Translations under genes and position numbers: made by a program
The notes under the pieces: model-generated
Told to the model about the DNA's origin: nothing
Databases searched by the model: none
The model's input: only the letters and a program-made list of their open reading frames with translations
Shown here: positions 24,789-37,113 of the stretch, in pieces
How positions within the stretch are numbered: the first letter of the stretch is position 1
Layout: every line of letters starts with the position of its first letter
Assembly (NCBI GenBank): GCA_030390025.1
Contig: CM059433.1
Span: 26,848,001-26,912,000, forward strand
From: Squalus acanthias
Lineage: Eukaryota
DNA: 64,000 nt
Direction of reading: 5' to 3'

Positions 24789-25491
24789 ATCAGCAGAGAC
24801 ATAAGCAGGGATTAAATGTTGTTAAATACACAAATTCTTGTTCCAAATAAATACAGGCAGCATGTTGGTGATGCAGCTTTTGACTCAACTTTATTTTTCT
24901 GCAAACTTTGCTTTCACCAAACTTGACAATTTGATCTTTCCACTAGGGTTGACAACCCTCCCGGATTGTCCAGCAGTTTCCCAAAATTGAGGGATGCTTT
25001 CCTGGGTACTGCTGCTAGCAACCCGGGAGAAAAGTACTTTATATCCGCAGATCACAGAACTTTACACCAGCGGGCCACAGTCGTCTTGACTTGCAATTTC
25101 TGCCCCACCATCATACCTGCTCGAGGAGGTTGTCTGACTGTTTTAGTCTTTCCCCGCCTCCCAGAAGCGGCCTGGAATTTCTTCATAGCTGGTCCCGCCC
25201 CATGAACTTGCGCTTCCGAATACGCTATGATGTGGAGCATGACCAGCCACGAGGAAATACCCTGCCTAAGGATTTCAACTCTGTTCTCTCTTTGTCTACT
25301 AACCAGCCCAGCCCACAACATTCGTGATCGGGCCATCAGGTGCAGGATCAGTAACAGCAGGGTGAGGAGGGGAAACAAACGATGTGTCATTTAAATGTGA
25401 CCTGGTCTCCAGTGACTGAAGGAAAGAAGGATGGAGAGGAGCCACAGGCCACAGCCCCTGGGTAGACTAACCTAACTGGTGGGAGAGGCGC

Positions 25492-26425
25492 AGTTCTTGA
25501 TTGAGTTCTTCAATGAAGTAACGGAGAGGATTGATGAGGGTAGTGCGGTTGATGTTCTGTATATGGACTTTCTAAAGGTGTTTGATAAAGTATCACATAA
25601 TAGTTAGCAAAATTGAAACCTATGGGATTAAAGAGGCAGTGACAGCGTGGATACAAAACTGTCAACAAGACAGAAAGCAGAGAGTAGTGGTGAACGGTTG
25701 TTTTTCAGACTGGAGTGAAGTGTGCAGTGGTATCCCCCAGGGGTTGGTATTAGGACCACTGCTCTTTTTGATATATATAATGACCTGGACTCGGGTATTC
25801 AGGGCATAATTTAAAAGTTTGCAGATGACACATAACTCGGAAATGTAATAAACAGTGAGGAGGATAGAAGCTGACTTCAGGAGGACATAGACAGACTGGT
25901 GAAATGGGCAGACACATGGCAGATGAAATTTAATGCAGAGAAGTGTGAAGTGATGCATTTTGGAAGGAAGAATAAGGCACATTAGTTATGTGAGGAGACT
26001 TGAGAAGTTGGGATTGTTCTCCAAAAAGCAGAGAAGGCTAAGGGGAGATTTAACAGAGGTGTTCAAAATTATGAAGGGTTTTGATAGAGTCGACAGGGAG
26101 AAGCTGTTTCCACTGGCAGGGTGGTTGATAACCAGAGGACACAGATTTAAGATAATTGGCTAAAGAACCAGGGAGGCAGATGAGGAGAATTGTTTTACTC
26201 AGTGAGTTGTTATGATCTGGAATGCACTGCCTGAAAGGGTGGTGGAAGCAGATTCAATAGTAAATTTCGAAAGGGAATTGGATAAATACTTGAAAAGGAA
26301 AAATTTGCAGGGCTATGAGGAAAGAGCAAGGCAGTGGGACTAATTGTATAGCTTTCACAAAGAGCCGACAAGGCACGATGGGCTGAGTGGCCTCCTTCTG
26401 TGCTGTAAGATTCTATGATTCTATG
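25492..26425 (+). mobile_element. CR1 RT and 3' fragment with an internal deletion
   Basis: [49 protein letters not shown] tail at ~26420. Confidence 0.9.
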
Positions 26426-26984
26426 TCTGCCTGCGCTATGCACTGTTGTATAATGTGTTTTATTCCTGGAGTCACGCAGTTTTGGTGTTTCCCCCTGAGG
26501 ACTGAGTCTCACCTCCCTGGAAGTAAATTCCCTGTTTCCTTAGGAAGTTAATTTTCACCCTCAAAGTCTTCCCTGTAGATAAACACAGCCCTTCTTGAAA
26601 CACCATCTTGCTGTAGCACCACCTTTTGCCAGGTTTAACACATGGTGGAATTTACTTGATGTTTCTCATTGCATTCAATATTGTAGAACCATCACAGGAA
26701 TAGTTTTTATTCAAACATTACTTACCTTAAATATTTCTATTCTTTTATGTTGTTTCTTTGATTTACAAATTATGTTGTAATTCATCTCACTTTGTATTCT
26801 ATAAAACAAAAACATTTTTTTCAGGTGATATTGAGACCAATGTTCCCTTTAATTTTTGGGGGGTGTGCGACCCCTTTAACCGGAATGCACGATTTTTTCC
26901 TATTTAAAAGCCGGTGAGCCGGCTGTGCGGGAGCATTGATTAAGGAACTCAACTAATGTAAATGCAATAACATTTGCAAACAGT

Positions 26985-27098
26985 GAGCAAATGTCAAGTG
27001 ATCAAATGTCATGTGATTAAGCATCACATGATCAGTGTCCCGCGATCGAATGTTGTGTGATCAAACATCACATGAACAAATATCACATGATCAAATCT
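26985..27098. repeat. Degenerate 15-bp minisatellite (GATCAAAYRTCACAT-like)
   Basis: About seven units with GATC at ~15-bp spacing. Confidence 0.75.
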
Positions 27099-29290
27099 TC
27101 ACAAATCCATCCAACCAGAGTTGGAAACCCTACTACAGTTGCACATTCTCACAAACACAATTTTTAAATAAGATAGAAAACATTAACGTTTCAAATCAGC
27201 AACTTTATTTATACGTTGTTAAAAATCAGTATAGTAAAGCAACATTTATGCCATAGAGAACAAGATTTACTGAAGTATTTCACACAGATATCCATAGCAA
27301 TTATTATTTTTTCTGTGTGAACTCATTTGGACATTTCACCGTTTGCAGTCTGTCACAACAGTTCAGTACCCTACTGGCTAGATATTCACACGTACGAATG
27401 TTTTATTTTATTCCTTCCCAGGATTAATTTGCTTGGATTAAAATTCAATTAATGACTCGGAGACATCAGAGGCGAAGATGGCTGCGTTCTGCTCGGTCAG
27501 GTTTTGTACCTATGACAATTCACCCTTAAATGGTGACCTCAAGCTCGAAAGGTCAGCGTGAGACACTGTAAGGTAGCCATAAGGTAACTGCGAAAATGTG
27601 CAAAGTACAATTCCAAAGCACTGCCACAATTAAAAAATAATGTTTTGTGGGAGGTTGTGAAGACCAGATTTTAGCTCAAACCTCTCCTAGTTTCAGAATG
27701 AAAACTTTAAATCTGAAGTCACTAAAAGTTACATTTGCAACTGACCTGAAGCAATTAAGAAATTTTTGAACAGCAGATAGACTACTGATGCCCTGAAGCT
27801 AGATCATTTGGAATCTCTGTAATTCCTGAGTAATAATTGCATATTCAGCATTGCTGAATTTGTGGAACAATGTACTACGGAGCATAAAAGACATGTTCCA
27901 TACTTAGGCATAGACATTGTCCTCACCTGAGAAAAAGTTCACAGAATCCTTGATCAATTGATCCAGGAAGTACGTGTATGTTCTCTTAAAACGTTATTCA
28001 GGGAAGATTCTGAATAAAGCACGCAGCACAGTTTTTAAGGGCAAAATCAATCTTTGCAGATTGGTCTTCATACACACCAGCTGATCATAAAAACACTTCA
28101 AATCTCGGTGACTAAGTGAGAAGAATGTACCAGAATGGTGCAAATTACCTTCCTAAGGAACCAAATCACAACGAACAGTATGCAAATGGCTTAAAGTCCA
28201 GCGTACCAAAAGGAAAAGCACTCGACTCTCTTTGAGACCTGAACATTACCATTAAGATAAAAACCGGTGCGGTCTGTAGAATTTTTCATACACATTTCAA
28301 TGAATTTATTCTCTTCCTATTCAGAAAATCAAATGCACTGAACATCCATTTGTGAAGCCACTGTTTAGTTTTATCACATGATACATGAGGGAGAGTATAT
28401 TGGAATTGCTGATTTGGTTTTTAGGATGTGCTGGGGCAATATCATATTTAAGGCTGAGACAGTTTGATTGTGATTCCCAGATCAATGATTCTCAGTCATG
28501 TGGGGTTGGGTTGCATCTTATAGGTATGCCCTGCTGAAACATGGGTATGAACAAGATGCAGAGAAAGAGTTATAAGGAGTGTGGACTTAGCATGTTCTAA
28601 TAGTAAATGTGGAACAGTTTGACAGGCCATCCATGAGATATATGGCAATGTTAGTCTTCCTTTGCCAGTTTTGTTTAAGTGTGCCATATTTCCTTCATGT
28701 CTGTTCCTAAGTCCTGCATGTAGTGTACACAGCATTGAGCTGCTAGGGCTGGTGTAGTGCTGCCGTCAGGAAAGGCTGTTCAGAAGGGCAACCATCCTCG
28801 CACCCACCTCATGCAGCTGATGTACAATTAGCTAATCTTAAAACACGGTGTTGTAGCACTCCATCACATGCTCACAGTTTTGTGCCTTCGCATTGGGTTT
28901 CCTTTCACCTCCTGCCTTTATAATCTTGAAAACTTCAATGAGATTACCTGCATAGGGCTGGTTCCATAATTGAGCACTTCCTACAAGAACTGGGTCTCAC
29001 AGTCTCCCGCCCTGCGCTCCCTAAGAGCACTGCTCCATTAGCCCTTCGATCTTCTCTTTGGCAAAGAAAGCGAGTTGAGGGGAGGGGGGTTGCTTTGTTT
29101 GCTATGTATAGGGGCATTGTAAATGCGTTCATGAAGAGTTGAGTTGGTCACTACACATCCAGACCAGTTCTCCCCACCACCCGTGACCACATCCCCTCAC
29201 TCTAACTTCTTTAATTTTTCCTCCAAATTACCTGATACTGTGGGCCATCTTCATTGCTCATATCTGTGATCTCTCAAGACCAATATTATA

Positions 29291-30029
29291 GGCCCAGATT
29301 TCGCAGTGGGTAATGACGGTGAACAGTCAGCGTTCTCCGTCATTACCCCTCTGAAACTGACCACAACTTCAGGATTTAGTGCATGCGCATCTAAACACGG
29401 AAATCCTAAGCTGCGGTCTGTCATTCACTGCTCCGGCACAGGCTGTGCTGTGGAGCCCCACCCCATAGCCTGAAATCAGTGGAACTGACGAAAACTTGGG
29501 CTTTTCCACGATAATATCACTGTTAAATACCCCATTAAATGTTAAGCCTTGTAGGAACAGGTGTAACTGGGGTTTTAACAGTATATTGACTGGCAAACAA
29601 ATGTTATGGTCCTGAAAACCTAATTTTTATATTTGTGGAGTGTCAAATTTCTCCATTATGATAAAAATTACAATTTTTAAAAATCTTTAATTTTAAAAAA
29701 AAGTTTGTTCATGATATTTCAGTTTCTACCTTATCCCCATGTGAAAGTCCTGATCTTTACTTCGCTCTCTGTAACATTTTTAAAAAGTGCGGGTAAAAAC
29801 TGCTTTTCATTTCCTGGTTTGCTGTCTGTGAGAATCCTTCAATGTGATTGGCTGCTTGTTGACGTCACTGTAGCTCTTCGCTGGGGATTCCCATTACACT
29901 GTGTTACAATCAATTGCATGTCGAGAAGGCAAACTTCTCGCCACAAAGATCACGAGATCTCTGTGGGCAACTTTCTTTGAGGTCAGCGGCGAGCGCCTTA
30001 GCTTCGCCGTTGACCGTAAATTACGGGCC
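29291..30029. mobile_element. Harbinger-type MITE
   Basis: Imperfect TIRs GGCCCAGATTT ... AAATTACGGGCC; AT-rich centre. Confidence 0.65.
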
Positions 30030-30397
30030 ATTATTCCTACGATTAGCCAGGACTGTACATAGTACTCCAATTAAGGTCGGATTATTGCCTTATACAGCAA
30101 CAATGCAACCTCTTTTGATTTGTACTGCCTCTGCTTTTGCCAGTGTATTTGTTTTAATCTTTTCATGCTCTCTTGACCCCTTTGTCTTTGTGTATCAGCA
30201 GGAGAATGTACACTGAAGAAATGTGGCGAAGGAAAGCAATAGAGGGTGAGTGAGCGCAGGAGCACACAACAGAAAGATTGCTGATTGAAGGCAGCGTGAA
30301 AGAGCAGAGCCGAGAGCGGCCTCTGGTGGCAAGAAAATCCTACTGCAGCTGACACTCAGTCAATCTCCCACCCAAGTGCTAACAAGACTTAATCTAC

Positions 30398-32420
30398 AAT
30401 AGCAAAATACTGCGGATGCTGGAAAACTGAAATAACAACAGAAAGCGCTGGAAAAACTCAGCAGGCCAGGCAACATCCGTGGAGAGAGAAACAGAGTTAA
30501 CGTTTCAGGTCGAAGACCCTTCGTCAGAACTGAGAAAAAAGCAGGAAATGAAACAGATGAAAAAGCAAGTTTGGAGGCTGGGGGAGGGAATAAAAGAACA
30601 AAAGGGAAGGTCTGTGAGACGTAGAGACATTAAGAGATATTCAAGGCGAGACGAGATGGTAATAGGACAGGTGAAGAAACAAAAGATGGCTCTAGATGAA
30701 GTGTGAAATGCGCTGGCAGGATGAAAGACAGCTGCCATGTGGGAGAGAGAAAAAAAAGGGAAAAGGCACAAACCAAAAGTGTGGATAAAAAATATATAAA
30801 TGTGGTAGGGGCCGAGGTTATGATCTGAAATTGTTGAACTCGATATTGAGTCCGGAAGGCTGCAAAGTGCCTATCGGAAGATGAGGTGCTGTTCCTCGAG
30901 CTTACACTGAGCTTCCGTGGAACAATGCAAGAGGCCGAGGACGGTGAGGTCAGAGTGGGAGTGGAGCGGAGAATTAAAATGACAGGCGACCGGAAGCTCG
31001 GGGTCCCCCTTACGGACTGAATGGAGGTGTTCCGCAAAGCGGTCACCCAATTTGCGTTTGGTCTCCCCAATGTAGAGGAGACCACATCGTGAGCAGCGAA
31101 TACAGTATACTAAATTGCAAGAAGTACAATAAATCGCTGTTTCACCTGGAAGGGGTGTTTGGGGCCCTGGACAGTGGGAAGGGGGGAGGTATAAGGGCAG
31201 GTGTTGCATCTCCTGCGCTTGCACGGGAAGGTGCCGGGTGAAGGGGAAAGGGTGCTGGGGGTGATAGAGGAGTGGACTAGGGTGTCTCGGAGGGAGCGGT
31301 CCCTACGGAATGCTGAAAGGGGAGGTGAGGGGAAGATACGTTTGGTGGTGGGATCACGTTGGAGGTGGCGGAAATGGCGGAGGATGATCCGTTGAATGTG
31401 GAGGCTGGTGGGGTGAAAGTTGAGGACAAGGGGAACTCTATCGTGGTTCCGGGAGGGAGGGGCAGGGGTGAGGGCAGAAGTGCAGGAGATAGAACGGACA
31501 CGGTCGAGGGCCGTGTCAACCACGGTAGAGGGGAATCCTCGGTTGAGGAAAAAGGAAGACATGTCGGAAGCACTGGTATGGAAGGTGGCATCGTCGGAAC
31601 AGATGCGGCGGAGACGGAGAAACTGGGAGAAGGGAATAGAGTCCTTACAGGAGGCGGGGTGGGAGGAAGTGTAGTCCAGGTGGCTGTGGGAGTCAGTGGG
31701 CTTGTAGTGAATGTTGGTCAATAACCTATCCCCAGAGATGGAGACGGAGAAGTCAAGGAAGGGAAGGGAAGAGTCGGAGATGTGAAGGTGAGGGAAGGGT
31801 GGAAATTGGAGGCAAAGTGAATGAAATTGTCTAGTTCAGGGCGAGAGCAGGAAACGGCACCGATACAGTCATCAATGTACCGGAAAAAGAGGTGAGGGAG
31901 GGGACCCGAGTAGGACTGGAACAAAGAGTGATCCACATATCCCACGAAAAGGCAGGCATAGCTAGGACCCATGCGGGTACCCATAGCAACACCTTTGATT
32001 TGGAGGAAATGAGTGGAGTCAAAGGAGAAGATGTTCAATGTGAGAACAAGTTCAGCCAGGCGGAGGAGGGTGGTGGTGGATGGGGACTGGTTGGGCCTCT
32101 GTTCAAGGAAGAAGCGGAGCGCCCTCAGGCCATCCTGGTGGGGAATGGAGGTGTAGAGGGATTGTACGTCCATGGTGAAAAGGAGGCGGTTGGGGCCAGG
32201 AAACTGGAAACTGTTAAAGTGGCGGAGGGCGTTGGAAGAGTCGCGGATGTAGGTGGGAAGAGACTGGACAAGGGGAGAAAAAATAGAGTCGAGATAGGAA
32301 GAGATAAGTTCCGTGGGGCAAGAACAGGCTGAAACGATGGGTCTACCAGGGCAGTCCTGTTTGTGGATCTTGGGACGGAGGTAGAAGCGGGCTGTGCGGG
32401 GTTGGGGACCTATGAGGTGG
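30398..32420 (-). mobile_element. Penelope-like retroelement, 5'-truncated (RT, GIY-YIG endonuclease, terminal repeat)
   Basis: MDVQSLYTSIP, GVAMGTRMGPSYA, FFRYIDD (31718..32173); NLVYCIRCSRCGLLYIGETKRKLGDRFAEH (30871..31224); TSD ATCTAC (30392-30397, 32421-32426). Confidence 0.95.
30495..30530 (-). ncRNA. Minimal hammerhead ribozyme-like motif in the Penelope terminal repeat
   Basis: Minus strand reads CTGACGA-AGGGTC-TTCG-ACCT-GAAA-CGTT. Confidence 0.65.
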
Positions 32421-32766
32421 ATCTACTTAGCTTCCGGAGACCAAACCGGATCGGGCACTATCAGAGCACCTTGGAAGTCAGTGGCCACTCACTTTTGTTT
32501 ATTTTGCTTAAAGGCTTCCTGTTCTGTCTCTGTTTCCCCCCAGCTAATTTTGTTTTATTTTTCGCTCTCTCTTGACTCCTTTGGCTTTGTATACCACAAT
32601 GGGAATGTGCAGTGAAGAAATAGGGCAAAGGAAAGTGAGAAAGACCGAGTGAGCGCAAAGGAAAGCGAGAAAGACCGAGTGAGTGCAGGAGCGCGCAACA
32701 AAAAGATTGCTGATTGAAGGCTGCGTGGAAGTGCAGTGCCGAGAGCACCCTCTGGTGGCAAGAAAA

Positions 32767-32820
32767 TCCTACTGCAGCTGGTATTGTCTGACTATCTCCC
32801 ATCCAAGTATTAATCAAACT
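32767..32820 (-). pseudogene. 5S rRNA pseudogene copy 2 (3' half only)
   Basis: CCTACTGCAGCTGGTATT...TCTCCCATCCAAGTATTAATCA follows the AAAA terminator complement. Confidence 0.8.
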
Positions 32821-35228
32821 CATCACCTCTCCCCAGCTGAAAGCTTGGAAAAACGGGACACAGTTTACTTCCTCTAGAGATTTCCGCATTTATTTCTTCC
32901 ATCCAATCCTGTGGCATTGCCCTCACAATCTTCTCATACATGATCCCTATTTCTTTTTCCCTACCTCCTGATTCTCCTCCCAGACCATGTCCCTCACAAG
33001 CACCTCCGGCTGCCAACCTGGAGTTATCTCATACAATATATCTTTCACACATATAATCCCAGCTTTTATAAAAGACTGATTAAATAATACCCTCCTTTCA
33101 ATATTTAACCACCTATTTAACAGTAAGGGCTGTTCTGAAAATTCCTCAGCACCCTTGGAAGTAAACCGCATACTTTTTAAGCATTGTACCCAAATCTCTA
33201 TAACCCCCTTATAAAAGCTAGGGTGATTAATAGATTTTAAAAATATATTGTTGTATTCCATATAAAATATACTCTGACCTCCCACCCCACTTCGTTTAAA
33301 AAAATGTTTAAAACAACACTTCCAAATACTTGTATTTAAATTCTGAAGAAATCTCTTCACCCATTTAATTCTAAAAGATTTTTTCTTCAATTCAGTGTGT
33401 GGGAAATTTAGACACCAAGGTTGGTTTCCTTCCCATAAAACCTCACACAACTCTCTCGGATGGACTTTTCCGCCCACCCAGGAATATCCTCCACCGTCAA
33501 TATGTACCATAGTTTGGATAGGAGAAGCACTGACACCACAGCCGCTCTACCTTGTACTTTCAAACACCTTTTCTCCCATTTTCCCAAATTTATTTAAATT
33601 TTCCTAACCTTCGGTTCACAATTTAACCTTTCTACTTCATCTTATCCCACTCCTTTCGGCCTCCGCTTGACCGCTGACACTTCTGCCCCATCTGGACCAG
33701 CAACGCCGCTTCCCCTTTCTTGCTCAGTTCTGGCGGCTTTGTCTCCCCGCTCCTGCCCTGCCGCACCTTTAATGCGCCTTCCTCCTGTGTCCTCTCCCTG
33801 TCTTGTCTCCTCCTATTCCCCAAGATGTCAGATCTCCCGTTATTCTTTTGAGTACTTACATTTTTCCCACTCCCCGCTCCCGCCTCCACTCCCCCCACCC
33901 CTGCAGACTCCAGATTTTTTGGGGCCAACCGAACCGTATTGATGTCTGACTCTGCCCTCGAACCTCTCTCTCGTCCACTGCCTTTCTCCTTTGCAACCAT
34001 CCTTGGGATGTTTCCCGCAATCTCCAACCTGTTCTCAGCTCCAGCTCCGAACTCTTCTGCATCTTCCTGCACTCCTTTCTCCTTCCGTTCCCCGGCTGTG
34101 TCCTCCGCCTGCTCTGCACCACTGGCAACTCTACTTTGTCTTCCTGCTCCTTTTTCCACCTCCTTGTCCCTCAACGAGCTTCCTTTTTCCGCACAATTGC
34201 AGCAGGTGGGGCCTTTGTGACACCCCGCCCCCCACAGCTCTCTGCCCTGCAGCTCCGTGCGATGTGTCCAGTTCTCCGCAGTTAAGAGACTGGACAGTTT
34301 TTTAAAAGATGGTCATGTCCTCGACAGTAGTAGCACACCTTAACTTGGTTATCTTGTAGTATCCAGAAATACTGCACTTCCTCCATTGCCTCAAACTTCA
34401 TACTGTACGGCAGAGCCCTCACCCGCTCTGAGAGCCGTAACCTTCACATAACGGGTTCCATTCACTACCCTCATTCCCGGGTAGTACCTTCTCCTTACAG
34501 CTGAACAGATTTTAATGTCACACTGTTCCAGTTTTTGAATTAGGATTTTGTCCTCGATATAAACTGATAGGTTTAATGAGATCACCAGCTCCTCGGGAGT
34601 ACAGCAGGGACACCTCCAGGATCTTATTTTCAACTTTCAAACCCAGTAAAAGTCTTTCCAACTCCTCTCGGCAACTGACCGTCACCTCAAACTTGACGGC
34701 AAAGCAGCTTCCTTCTCTGCAGTATGGTATGGTAGCATAGTAGTTATGTTACTGGACTAGTAATCCAGAGGCCTGAGGGACATGAGTTCACAATCCCATC
34801 CATGGCAGCTGGGGAATTTAAATTCAATTGTTTAAATAAATCTGGAATAAAAAGCTGGTATCAATAATGGTGACCATGAAATAACCAGATTGTCATAAAA
34901 ACCCATCTAGTTCAGGAATATCTAGTAGATATTATCCCCTTATCGCCATAATGCACTGTCACCGTGTTCTCCTTCCCAAACCTCTGAGAGTTTTGGGCCT
35001 TTCCTTCACCCTTCCCCCAACATTTTCTTCCCTGATTAAACTCGTCCCGGGAACATTGTCCTTAGAGGAGCCAGGCACCCTGGACCCCCTCTTCAGCCAT
35101 GCGGCTGCTGTTTATGGACCAAAAAGACCCTAAAACCCCCAATTAAAGCTCACCACCAACTTTTTCCAAACTAACATCAGCAATCAAACACCAAGCAGCA
35201 CCTGCTTACTCCAGCCACTTCCCAAGAA
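32821..35228 (-). mobile_element. Internally deleted Tx1-clade (L1 group) non-LTR element
   Basis: ORF1 with NGTRYVKV and the CCHC knuckle CYYCRGHDHLLKNC (~34290-34340); ORF2 C-terminal piece FRIKWVKRFL...PSFYK...EQPLLLN...AGIICVKDI (32947..33510). Confidence 0.8.
34726..34915 (+). mobile_element. 5' fragment of the tRNA-headed SINE/LINE family inserted in Tx1 ORF1
   Basis: GGTAGCATAGT A-box, CTGGA-CTAGTAA-TCCAG anticodon-like arm, GAGTTCA B-box; homologous to the reverse complement of 50785-50977. Confidence 0.8.
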
Positions 35229-36370
35229 ATTCTTCTTCTTAGGCAGTCCCTCGGAACCGAGGATGACTTGCTTCCACACTAAAAATTAGTTCTCAGGTGA
35301 CTGATGAGTCCAATGCAGGACCTACAGTCTCTGTCACAGGTGGGGCAGACGGTGGTTGAAGGGGCGGGTGGGTGGGGTGCTTGGGTTGACGTGCACTCCT
35401 TGCGCTTGGCTTCCGCTTGCTCCCGGTGAAGAGACTCGAGTTGTTCATCGCCTTCCCGGATGCTTCTCCTCCACTTTGTGCGGTCTTGGGCCAGGGATGC
35501 CCAGGTGTCGGTGGGGATGTTGCACTTTTTCAAGGAGGCTTTGAGGGTGTCCTTGAAGCGTTTCCTCTGCCCACCTGGGGCTCTCTTGCCGTGTCGGAGC
35601 TCCGAGTAGAGCGCTTGTTTTGGGAGTCTCATATCGGGCATGCAGACGATGTGGCCCGTCCATCGGAGCTGATCGAGCGTGGTCGAAGCTTCGATGCTGG
35701 GGATGTTGGCCTGAGCGAGAACACTGACGTTGGTGCGCCTATCCTGCCAATGGATTTGCAGGATCTTGCAGAGGCAGCGTTGATGGTACCTCTCCAGTGC
35801 TTTGAGGTGCCTGCTGTACATGGTCCATATCTCTGAAGCATACAGGAGGGCGGGTATCACTGCTGCTCTGTAGATCATGAGCTTGGTGCTGGGTTTGAGG
35901 TCCTGTTCTTCAAACACTCTCTTCCTTAGGCAACCGAAGGCTGCACTGGCACACTGAAGGTGATGTTGGACTTCGTCATCGACGTCTGCCCTTGTTGACA
36001 GTAGGCTCCCAAGGTATGGAAAGTGGTCCACGTTGTCCAAGGCCTCGTCCTGGATTTTGATAATCGGCGGGCAGTACTGTGTGGCGGGGGCAGGTTGGTA
36101 GAGGACCTTTGTCTTACAGATGTTTAGTGTAAGGCCCATGCTCTCGTACGCTTCGGTGAAGGTGTTGACGATGGTTTGGAGTTCGGCCTCAGAGTGTGCG
36201 CAGACGCAAGCGTCGTCTGCATACTGTAATTCGATGACAGAGGATGGGACGACCTTGGATCTGGACTGGCGGCGACGGAGGTTGAACAGTTTCCCGTTTG
36301 TTCTGTAGATTAGCTCCACTCCAGCGGGGAGCTTACTGAGGGTGAGATGGAGCATTGCAGCAAGGAAGAT
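35229..36370 (-). mobile_element. 5'-truncated RTE-clade LINE
   Basis: 365-aa ORF 35279..36376 with LQYADD, GLTLNICKTKVL, LRWTGHI and C-terminal CPTC..LISH; (AAG)n tail at ~35233. Confidence 0.93.
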
Positions 36371-36479
36371 TACCATACCTGGTATTCACAGTTGGTTTCC
36401 TATCCAAGTGCTAGCCAAGACCTAATTCTGCTTAGCTCCTCAGACCAAACCAGATCAGGTGCTGCTACAGAAGTCAGCG
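36371..36479 (-). pseudogene. 5S rRNA pseudogene copy 3 (near full length); a stub of copy 4 follows at 36717-36732
   Basis: TACCATACCTGGTATTCACAGTTGGTTTCCTATCCAAGTGCTAGCCAAGACC..CTGCTTAGCT..CAGACCAAACCAGATCAGG aligns with reverse-complement 5S. Confidence 0.85.
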
Positions 36480-36793
36480 AGAGCTTGGCTTCATTTATTT
36501 TACTTAAAGTCTTCCTGTTCTGTCTCCGTTTTTTTTGCCAGCGTATTTTATTTACTTTTTTCTCTCTCTCTTGACCCCGTTGCCTGTGTGCGCCAGCAGG
36601 AGAATGTACAGAGAAGAAATGGGGCAAAGGAAAGCGAGAGCGCATGCAGCAAAAAGATTGCTGATTGATTGCAGCGTGAAAATGCAGAGCTGAGAGCGAC
36701 CTCTGGTGGCAAGAAAAGTCTAGTGCACCTACTACTGCTCATTGCCCCCAGCCGCTCGCTCCCTGTGTACAACTGTGAGAGGGGGTCTGGGTA

Positions 36794-37113
36794 TCATAGA
36801 GTCATAGAAGGATACAGCACAGAAGCAGGCCATTCGGCCCATCATGTCTGTGCCGGCTGTCTGAAAGAGCTATTCAATTAGTCCCGCTCCCCTGCTCTTT
36901 CCCCTTAGCCCTGCAAATTGTTTCCCTTCAAGTATTTGTACAATTCCCATTTGATAGTTATTACTGAATCTGCTTCCACCAGCCTTCCAGGCAGTGAATT
37001 CCAGATCACAACAACTCGCTGTATAATTTTTTCCCTCATGTCGCCAATGATTCTTATGCCAATTACCTTAAATCTGTGTCCTCTAGTGACCGACCGTCCT
37101 GCCACTGGAAACA
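36794..37113 (-). mobile_element. CR1 3' end fragment
   Basis: TRGHRFKVIG...QRVVVIWNSLP; tail CATAGAGTCATAGAA. Confidence 0.88.

Larger units (their letters stand above)
30337..32482 (-). pseudogene. 5S rRNA pseudogene copy 1, split by a Penelope element (parts 30337-30397 and 32421-32482)
   Basis: TCTCCCACCCAAGTGCTAAC...|TTAGCTTCCGGAGACCAAACCGGATCGGGC matches the reverse complement of vertebrate 5S (TCTCCCATCCAAGTACTAAC...TTAGCTTCCGAGATCAGACGAGATCGGGC). Confidence 0.85.
30105..36732 (-). repeat. Decayed 5S rDNA tandem array (unit ~400 bp) with three homologous spacers
   Basis: Spacers at ~30105-30336, ~32483-32766 and ~36480-36716 are mutually similar, and each is followed by reverse-complement 5S-like sequence. 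Confidence 0.85.

Noticed and set aside
27900..29132. Minus-strand exon chain (MEPALC donor at ~28947; segments near 28150-28238 and 27927-28010)
   Set aside because: Splice-like signals exist, but the 28150-28238 segment has stops in all three frames and no protein is recognisable. A non-coding transcript cannot be excluded.
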